Source of the DNA: an uncultured archaeon
GTDB taxonomy: Archaea > Nanobdellota > Nanobdellia > Pacearchaeales > GW2011-AR1
DNA: 64,000 nt
Assembly (NCBI GenBank): GCA_902385625.1
Contig: CABMGE010000019.1
Span: forward strand, 1,831-65,830
Direction of reading: 5' to 3'
Shown here piece after piece: positions 57,700 to 64,000 of the stretch. Each line of letters opens with the position of its first letter. Position 1 is the first letter of the stretch. The notes beneath the pieces are model-generated. The model ran no database searches, was not told where the DNA came from, and saw only the letters and a list, made by a program, of their open reading frames with translations. A program made the translations under genes and the position numbers.

Positions 57700-58032
57700 T
57701 TATAATATCTTTTTTGCTATATCCTTGGCATAATCCAGTATCTCGAGTGACTCTAAATTTGCAAAAGTCAAATTTGTATGTACTAATTTCATAAGTTTGT
57801 CAATATGAAATTCAGGCAAATTTATAGAGGTTATATCCCAATATCTTTCAGACAATCCCTGGCAGGCTATCTTATTTCTCTTAATATAACTCCCAATAAT
57901 TCTTAAATTTTCAGGGTCAAAATCAAGGTCAAGATCATCATCCCAAAATGAATCCCTTTCAATACCAAACAATAAACCCGGAACATACAAGACCGATCGT
58001 CCGCGAGGGTCATGACCATAATAAATCCTCAT
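57700..58032 (-). CDS. Hypothetical protein
   Basis: 110-aa ORF in an operon-like run. Confidence 0.5.
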   Translation of the reverse strand: MRIYYGHDPRGRSVLYVPGLLFGIERDSFWDDDLDLDFDPENLRIIGSYIKRNKIACQGLSERYWDITSINLPEFHIDKLMKLVHTNLTFANLESLEILDYAKDIAKKIL

Positions 58033-58037
58033 GTTAA

Positions 58038-58250
58038 TTAATCGATTATCTCAACTATTTTATCCCTTGATTTAAGTCCCTTAGATATACGGGCAGGTTT
58101 TTTAAACTTTTTCTTAAACAATTTCAAAAGTTCAATATTTGCCTTATTGTCTTCAGCAGGTTTTTTTAAATAAACCTTATATTCATCATTAGAAATCTTA
58201 ATAATCTCTTCTCTTCCTGAACTGGGATAAACCTTAACTTTGAGTATCAT
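58038..58250 (-). CDS. DUF167/YggU (UPF0235) family protein
   Basis: VKVYPSS, PAEDNKAN, G.KSRDK. Confidence 0.88.
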   Translation of the reverse strand: MILKVKVYPSSGREEIIKISNDEYKVYLKKPAEDNKANIELLKLFKKKFKKPARISKGLKSRDKIVEIID

Positions 58251-59137
58251 TTTTCAAGACCATTTAAGTAACTCTCAATAAGACTTGGAACATCTGAGGA
58301 ATATCCTCCTTCAAGAATTGAAAAAAAAGGCTTTTCAACCGACTTTATCATCTGCGCTATTTTTTCATAACTTTTAATATCCAAATCAAAATTTCCATAT
58401 TCAACAATAGGATCTTTTTTATAAGTATCAAAACCTGCACTAACCCCAATTAAATCCGGATTGAATTTTTTAATTTCGCTAATTGCTTCTTCAAGTTTTT
58501 CAAGATATAATTTCTCATCAGTTTTAACACTTAATGGAAAATTAATACAGTTCCCAACAGATTTAAGACCAGTTCCAGGATATTCTGGAGACTGATGTAA
58601 TGAAATAAATAAAACCCTATTATCACCAAAAAAAATATCCTGAGTCCCATTTCCATGATGTAAATCCAAATCAATTATTGCAATTTTTTTTACCTTTCCA
58701 GATTCAAGTGCTTTTAAAACTGCAATAGCCATATTATTAAAATAACAAAATCCTTCTGCAACCTTTCCAGCATGATGACCAGGAGGCCTCATTAAAGAGA
58801 ATACGTTTTCAGAATCATTAAGGCAGCTCTCTATAGCTGCGATTGCAGCTCCTGCAGATAAAGAAGCATAATAAAAAATATTATCATACATGACAAGATC
58901 GTTATCCAGTAATTCACGGTTTTCCTTGCCACCACTTTTAATAGCATTTAAAAATTCTTTTGAATGAACTCTCAAAATATCTTCTTCACTACAAGGATTA
59001 GGAGTAATAAATTCAAATTTTTTCCCTTCAGGGTCATTTTCTTTTAATAATTCATAAGTTTTACTAACTCTAAAAGGTGCTTCAGGCTCTCCTTCCTTTG
59101 AGTATTCAACAGATTTTGGAGAATAAATTATTTTCAT
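58247..59137 (-). CDS. Histone deacetylase/AcuC-family deacylase
   Basis: RPPGHHA, GFCYFNN, DLDLHHGNGT, SAGFD, LEGGY. Confidence 0.93.
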   Translation of the reverse strand: MKIIYSPKSVEYSKEGEPEAPFRVSKTYELLKENDPEGKKFEFITPNPCSEEDILRVHSKEFLNAIKSGGKENRELLDNDLVMYDNIFYYASLSAGAAIAAIESCLNDSENVFSLMRPPGHHAGKVAEGFCYFNNMAIAVLKALESGKVKKIAIIDLDLHHGNGTQDIFFGDNRVLFISLHQSPEYPGTGLKSVGNCINFPLSVKTDEKLYLEKLEEAISEIKKFNPDLIGVSAGFDTYKKDPIVEYGNFDLDIKSYEKIAQMIKSVEKPFFSILEGGYSSDVPSLIESYLNGLEK

Positions 59138-59188
59138 CGATTTCTAAAACATAAAAACATATTTAAAATCTTCTAAACTGTTAATAAA

Positions 59189-59632
59189 ATGAAAAAACCA
59201 TTAGTTCTTTATTTTTTAATAATCCTGATATTATTTGTTTCTGTTTGCGGAATTTTTGGAGGATGGAATTTAATTAAAGATCCCACTGGGAAGAGCCTGC
59301 AATTTCCAGATAACTATTTAAAAAATACAATTTTTCAAGATTATTTTTTTCCAGGAATAATCTTATTTACAATAATTGGAATTTTCCCACTACTTATAAT
59401 TTATGGAATAATAAAAAATTCCTTAGACTTCCTTGAGATATTTAATATATATAAAGATGAAAAATGGCAGTTTTCATTTATCATCTATTATGGAATAATC
59501 CTAATAGTCTGGATCGATGTTCAGATAATAATGGTACCATATTTCATTCTCCAGCCAATAATCTCATTAATTGGAGTTGTTATAATTCTATTATCACTAT
59601 CTAGTTCAATAAGAGAACATTTTCTAAAATAA
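59189..59632 (+). CDS. Hypothetical membrane protein
   Basis: Four hydrophobic helices. Confidence 0.65.
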   Translation: MKKPLVLYFLIILILFVSVCGIFGGWNLIKDPTGKSLQFPDNYLKNTIFQDYFFPGIILFTIIGIFPLLIIYGIIKNSLDFLEIFNIYKDEKWQFSFIIYYGIILIVWIDVQIIMVPYFILQPIISLIGVVIILLSLSSSIREHFLK

Positions 59633-60034
59633 TCAATAATCTTCAAGAAATTTATATCCTTGAATCCATGGAGAATCTAATTGAAATCTTTTAACAAATT
59701 CTAAAATTTCATTTTTATCATAAGACAAATCAGAAATGTTTGGACAAAATCTAGAGTCAAGTTTAAATGTTGTTTCTCCGTTTCCAAACTCCAATAAAAA
59801 GGGATATAATTTACATTCAGCAGGCCGGTTATTATAATCTCTGCATTTATTGTTTCCATCTAAAAAAATGCATCTTCCTTCTAATTTTTTTAAAACCCTC
59901 ATGTCCCTAAATGGTGTTTTGACAGGTTCTGAATCATCTTGGAATAAATCTTCTTCAAACGGAAGTAGTATGGGGGTAAGATGAGGATTTTTACAGCAAC
60001 TATTACTACAATTAACGCAACCTATTTTTATCAT
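59633..60034 (-). CDS. YkgJ-family Cys-cluster (zinc/iron-chelating) protein
   Basis: CxxCxxxCC ... CIFL...C..Y..RP.EC..YP ... CP. Confidence 0.85.
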   Translation of the reverse strand: MIKIGCVNCSNSCCKNPHLTPILLPFEEDLFQDDSEPVKTPFRDMRVLKKLEGRCIFLDGNNKCRDYNNRPAECKLYPFLLEFGNGETTFKLDSRFCPNISDLSYDKNEILEFVKRFQLDSPWIQGYKFLEDY

Positions 60035-60220
60035 AATGAATTAATCTTTGCATATCTGCAAAAATTTGAATATTTATCTATCAGAATATTTGAGTCTTGT
60101 AAAAAGATCAGATTTTAGCTTGATTTATTCAAGATAAAAACCGCTCTTAATCTAATTCATATCTGAGGATATAAATTAATAATACCAATGATTTATAAAT
60201 TTCATTATATTTTACAATAT

Positions 60221-60634
60221 ATGAAAGTCTACACAGAGTATTTAACACTTCAAACATCAAAGGAAAAAGAGATAGTAAATATAACTACCCTAGTAGAAAA
60301 AGCAATTAAAAAATCAGGAGTAAAAGAGGGATTATGTCTTGTAAATTCAATGCATATAACATCTTCAGTCTTTATTAATGATGAAGAATATGGACTCAAA
60401 CAAGATTTTTTAAGGTGGCTTGAAGAAATTGCTCCGATGAAACCAGATTATCAGCATCACAGGACTGGAGAAGTAAATGCAGATGCTCATCTTAAAAGAA
60501 CTATAATGGGAAGGGAAGTTGTTGTAGCAGTAACAAGAGGAGAACTTGATTTTGGTCCATGGGAACAGATTTTTTACGGAGAATTTGATGGAAAAAGACC
60601 TAAAAGAGTTCTAATCAAAATACTAGGCGAGTAA
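60221..60634 (+). CDS. yjbQ: YjbQ/UPF0047 family (secondary thiamine-phosphate synthase-like)
   Basis: [30 protein letters not shown]; start ATG 60221. Confidence 0.92.
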   Translation: MKVYTEYLTLQTSKEKEIVNITTLVEKAIKKSGVKEGLCLVNSMHITSSVFINDEEYGLKQDFLRWLEEIAPMKPDYQHHRTGEVNADAHLKRTIMGREVVVAVTRGELDFGPWEQIFYGEFDGKRPKRVLIKILGE

Positions 60635-60803
60635 ATAAAATATTTTTGATCAAATTCACTTTGGCAAAAATAAGTACAGATAACTAATTTATACAGAGTA
60701 TAGATTATAGGTTCAAAACCCATTATAAAGATTTAGGTAATTCTAAAAAATATATTAAATAATTGCAGAATAATTTAAAAACTGTAGTTTTATTCTGATT
60801 TAT

Positions 60804-61517
60804 ATGAAGATAGGAATTAAAACATATAGCAGTGAAAAGTTTCTGGAATATTTCAAAGAAAATGCAGATTTCTTTGAGATTATGGCAATTGAATCCAATG
60901 ACTATAATTTTTTAAAAAAATTCTCGCAACCAATAATTATACATGCACAACATCAGTCGTTTAATATAAACAATGCAGACAAATTAAAAAATAAGATTAA
61001 TTTAAGCTCTATAAATTTTGCAAGAAAATTAGCAGACCTTGCAAATGCCAAAAGAATAATAGTCCATCCAGGAGAATTATGGTACAATGGACCTTCAGTT
61101 GAACAATCAATTGAATTTATAAGAAATATTAATGATAAAAGAGTTATTGTGGAAAATATGCCATCTGGAAATGAACTGTGCTCCTATCCGCAGGAAACAA
61201 AAGGTTTTCTAAAGCAAACAAATAAAGGACTTTGCCTTGATATAAATCATGCAATTGAAGCAGCGATTTATTATGATAAAGATTATATAGGATTTCTAAA
61301 AGAATTCATAAAATTAAAACCCGCCCACTATCACTTGGGAGGGCAGAAAATAAAAGAAGGAAAAACGCATTTATCATTAAAAGAATCAGATTTCGATTTA
61401 AAAAAAGTATTAAAAATAATTCCAAGAAATGCAAATATAACTCTTGAAACCATAGCAAATTTGGAAAAAACACAAGAAGATATAGATATAATTAAAAAGA
61501 TAATAGAGGAGATATAA
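60804..61517 (+). CDS. TIM-barrel protein, endonuclease IV/sugar phosphate isomerase family
   Basis: Metal-ligand pattern IIIHA, VHPG, VENMP, CLDINH, YHL. Confidence 0.7.
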   Translation: MKIGIKTYSSEKFLEYFKENADFFEIMAIESNDYNFLKKFSQPIIIHAQHQSFNINNADKLKNKINLSSINFARKLADLANAKRIIVHPGELWYNGPSVEQSIEFIRNINDKRVIVENMPSGNELCSYPQETKGFLKQTNKGLCLDINHAIEAAIYYDKDYIGFLKEFIKLKPAHYHLGGQKIKEGKTHLSLKESDFDLKKVLKIIPRNANITLETIANLEKTQEDIDIIKKIIEEI

Positions 61518-61519
61518 TA

Positions 61520-62008
61520 ATGCCAACAAATAAACTATCAGAAAATGTATTTCAAATTTATTTTAAAAAATTCGGATCATGTGTATATGTAATAAAGATA
61601 GGAAAAGACAATATCTTAATAGATACTTCTTCTGAAGAAAACGGACAAGAACTTTTAGATGGTCTTGAAAAATTAAAAATAAATCCAAGAGATGTTCATA
61701 TAATACTTCTAACTCACAGGCATTATGATCATATTGGAAATATCTACCTGTTTCCAAATGCAAAAGTCTACGATGAAAGCAACATAAATGAACTTGCACT
61801 TATAATGATAAGAACAATAAAAGTTCCAGGACACACCAAAGATTCATTAGCTTTCCTCTATAAAGATATTTTATTTTCAGGAGACACCCTATTTCATAAT
61901 GGAATTGGAAGAACTGACCTTAGAGAATCAATTCCAGAAAAAATGGCAGATTCAGTAAACAAATTAAAGCACCTGGATTATAGTTTTCTTGCTCCAGGAC
62001 ATATTTAA
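61520..62008 (+). CDS. MBL-fold hydrolase (glyoxalase II-like)
   Basis: THRHYDHIG, PGHT, FSGDTLF, PGH. Confidence 0.9.
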   Translation: MPTNKLSENVFQIYFKKFGSCVYVIKIGKDNILIDTSSEENGQELLDGLEKLKINPRDVHIILLTHRHYDHIGNIYLFPNAKVYDESNINELALIMIRTIKVPGHTKDSLAFLYKDILFSGDTLFHNGIGRTDLRESIPEKMADSVNKLKHLDYSFLAPGHI

Positions 62009-62011
62009 AAA

Positions 62012-62030
62012 TAATTCGCTTCGCGAATTA
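62012..62030. terminator. Triloop mini-hairpin 4 nt after a stop codon, in a convergent gap
   Basis: TAATTCGC-TTC-GCGAATTA. Confidence 0.5.
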
Positions 62031-62085
62031 GATGTCTCTTCAGATAAAATCGCTATCAACCTAATTTATGCTTACCAAGAATAAA

Positions 62086-62652
62086 TTACTCTATACTTAT
62101 ATCAAAATCTTCAAGAAGTCCAAGAACCTCAGGAACTGCAAACTTAGAACCTGAAACTTCATTTTCTACAGGACTTATTGAATAATTTTTAGAAGTTAGA
62201 AAATTAGAATTACTAAGATTACACTTTCTAAAATAACTATTTTTCAGGTTAGTTTTTGAAAAATCAGAACCAGATAAATCAACAGAAGAAAATTCACAAT
62301 CAGTTATTTCAGAGCCAGTAAAATCAGTTTTTGGGATTTTAAGTTCAGTAAAATAAGAATTTGTAATCAAACATTCATTGAACTTGAGTCTAAGTAAAAA
62401 ATTATCTACTTCTCCAAAATTAACTCCGAGTATCTTGCAACTATCAAAAACTACATTCTGAAATCTTGTTTTATTTATTTTAATAAGACTCATATTACAG
62501 CGAGTAAACCTGCAATCAATAAATTTCGAGTTAGTCAGGTCCTTGGAGGAAAAATCACAGGATAAAAATTGACATTCATCAAATGTTTTGTCTGAAAAAT
62601 CAAGATCTTCTAATTTTTCAAAAGTTTCCTTAGTATATTCAGATTTCTCCAT
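62086..62652 (-). CDS. Pentapeptide repeat protein (Qnr/MfpA/McbG-like fold)
   Basis: More than 25 tandem (F/L)xxxx pentapeptides, e.g. FDECQ FLSCD FSSKD LTNSK FIDCR. Confidence 0.9.
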   Translation of the reverse strand: MEKSEYTKETFEKLEDLDFSDKTFDECQFLSCDFSSKDLTNSKFIDCRFTRCNMSLIKINKTRFQNVVFDSCKILGVNFGEVDNFLLRLKFNECLITNSYFTELKIPKTDFTGSEITDCEFSSVDLSGSDFSKTNLKNSYFRKCNLSNSNFLTSKNYSISPVENEVSGSKFAVPEVLGLLEDFDISIE

Positions 62653-62840
62653 TAATAAAAAAGAAATAAACCAATTAAAAACATTTGTATTGAAAACCTG
62701 TAATACTAATCAATTATTAGGTTATATAAATTGTGAATTTACTTTGGAATTTATAGCGAGTTTATATTCTTACGAAGCTTTGATTAAGCTGGGAAATTAT
62801 CATAAAAAACCTTAAAAACCCAATTTCCTATTCCTAGTTC

Positions 62841-63452
62841 ATGAACATAATCTTTATTGGCCCTCAAGGATCAGGAAAAGGAACTCAAGCAAAAATACTT
62901 GCAGAAGAACTTAAAATACCACATATTTCAACAGGAGATCTGTTCAGAGGACTTGCTGGAGAACTAAAAAATGAAGTTGATTCTTATATTAATCAAGGAA
63001 GTCTTGTTCCTGATGAACTTACAACTAAAATATTAAAAGAGAGAATATCAAAACAGGATTGTAAAAATGGATATATATTAGACGGCTTTCCAAGAAATTT
63101 AAACCAAGCAGGACTTCTTGAAAAAATAACAAAAATAAACAAAGTTGTAGAAATAACTCTTGATGACAAACTTGCAATTCAAAGAATATCCTCAAGAATC
63201 TCGTGTAAAAAATGTGGAACAGTTTATAATCTAGTAACAAATCCTCCGAAAAGAAAAGAGATTTGTGATAATTGTCAAACAGAATTATACAGAAGAGCAG
63301 ATGATAACCCTGATGCAATTAAAAAAAGACTTGAAACATATCACAATGAAACTTCCCCTATACTACAAAAATACAAATCAGTCCTGGTATCAGTTAATGG
63401 CGATCAAGAAATTGATAAAATAGCTGAAGAGATAAGAGAAAAATTAAGATAA
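62841..63452 (+). CDS. adk: Adenylate kinase, bacterial type with Zn-binding LID
   Basis: GPQGSGKGTQ, HISTGD, LDGFPR, CKKC...CDNC, RADD. Confidence 0.95.
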   Translation: MNIIFIGPQGSGKGTQAKILAEELKIPHISTGDLFRGLAGELKNEVDSYINQGSLVPDELTTKILKERISKQDCKNGYILDGFPRNLNQAGLLEKITKINKVVEITLDDKLAIQRISSRISCKKCGTVYNLVTNPPKRKEICDNCQTELYRRADDNPDAIKKRLETYHNETSPILQKYKSVLVSVNGDQEIDKIAEEIREKLR

Positions 63453-63860
63453 TAATTCATTTATTCTGTCTCTTATATCAAATAACAGACTTTCATCCAG
63501 ATCCTTTTTAGGATAAGGAGAATAATTACCCTTTGGATTAGGATCAGCAAAATCTATTCCAAAAAAAGATCTGGGATTATTATATCTCGGAATAAGATGC
63601 CAATGCAAATGAGTAGTTGTGTTTCCAAGAGAACAAATATTAGACAGATCATTTGAAAATAACTTCTTAATTGCAGATTCCCATTTGGGAATAACTTCTT
63701 CAAATAATTCATCCCTCTCGCTTCTAGACATATCAAGAGCAGTACGCGCATCTTCCCTTCTAGCCCATGCATAAGATCTGCCTAAAAAAGGGTACTGATT
63801 TTCATGTAAAAATAAATCCCAATTGTCAAAAACTTTTATTTTTAATTTATTGTATTCCAT
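63444..63860 (-). CDS. HIT family hydrolase
   Basis: HLHWHLIPR; start ATG 63860. Confidence 0.88.
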   Translation of the reverse strand: MEYNKLKIKVFDNWDLFLHENQYPFLGRSYAWARREDARTALDMSRSERDELFEEVIPKWESAIKKLFSNDLSNICSLGNTTTHLHWHLIPRYNNPRSFFGIDFADPNPKGNYSPYPKKDLDESLLFDIRDRINELLS

Positions 63861-63887
63861 TTTTATCCAATTTAAAAACAACTTAAA

Positions 63888-64000
63888 TTATTCATAATCC
63901 TTTTTATCGCCCATCATACCTTTTCCTTCTGCACAGTCAAGTATCTGGTCTATTCTATTATTATCATCCAATAATTCAAAAAGATATTTGTAAGCCATTC
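63888..64000 (-). CDS. Partial ORF running off the window edge
   Basis: One frame is open from the edge to TAA at 63888. Confidence 0.3.
   Translation of the reverse strand, partial: MAYKYLFELLDDNNRIDQILDCAEGKGMMGDKKDYE

Noticed and set aside
2535-62820. Recurrent TTTAAAAACC / GGTTTTTAAA intergenic motif as a novel repeat
   Set aside because: Its position ~25 nt before start codons fits ordinary archaeal BRE/TATA promoters.
349-63772. Numerous 60-170 aa ORFs antisense to or overlapping recognised genes (e.g. 27174..27695, 48427..48891, 44809..45237, 53359..53748, 57074..57292)
   Set aside because: These are shadow frames of well-supported genes with Phe/Ile/Ser/Leu-biased composition and no motifs.
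1-64000. CRISPR array
   Set aside because: The repeated intergenic motifs are single, degenerate and kilobases apart. There is no regular repeat-spacer periodicity and no cas genes.
1-64000. tRNA or rRNA genes
   Set aside because: No cloverleaf with a T-loop GTTCRANYC in proper context was found by eye, and there is no long GC-rich non-coding block. GTTCAAAACC at 60711 lacks the flanking arms. tRNAscan-SE was not run.
1-64000. Stop-codon reassignment or selenocysteine recoding
   Set aside because: Conserved genes translate full length under code 11, and TGA, TAA and TAG all occur as genuine stops (e.g. TGA ends eif2g, TAG ends rps6e).

Overview
AT-rich, gene-dense 64 kb window from an archaeon. 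The archaeal-type informational genes (rps10, rps6e, rps28e, rpl24e, rpl7ae, aIF5B/infB, aIF-2 gamma, kae1, dph2 fragment) and the many short orphan ORFs suggest a reduced DPANN genome, most likely Pacearchaeota/Woesearchaeota. This assignment is an inference and was not tested phylogenetically. The window carries housekeeping genes (pyrG, gyrB/gyrA, adk, pheA, gmhA, YlqF-type GTPase), a surface-protein operon (RHH regulator, 1312-aa Ig/cadherin-like protein, MoxR, DUF58, vWA), a degenerate three-gene FAD/Fe-S oxidoreductase cluster, a SPASM radical SAM enzyme and several bacterial-looking genes. I found no rRNA, tRNA, CRISPR array, integrase or transposase. The most interesting candidates are: (1) a TrmB regulator next to a FeeM/LuxI-fold N-acyl synthase, a possible small-molecule signalling module; (2) a compact minimal DNA ligase + HD hydrolase + orphan operon that includes a SWIM-like Zn protein; (3) a heavily base-paired 130-nt intergenic element at 17.7 kb; (4) a dispersed intergenic repeat family and GAA/AAA-triloop mini-hairpins placed just after stop codons; (5) a canonical K-turn in the rpl7ae leader; (6) microproteins missed by the ORF track, including a 40-aa basic protein whose promoter shares an operator-like motif with gyrB. 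All product calls come from motif recognition by eye; no database searches were run.
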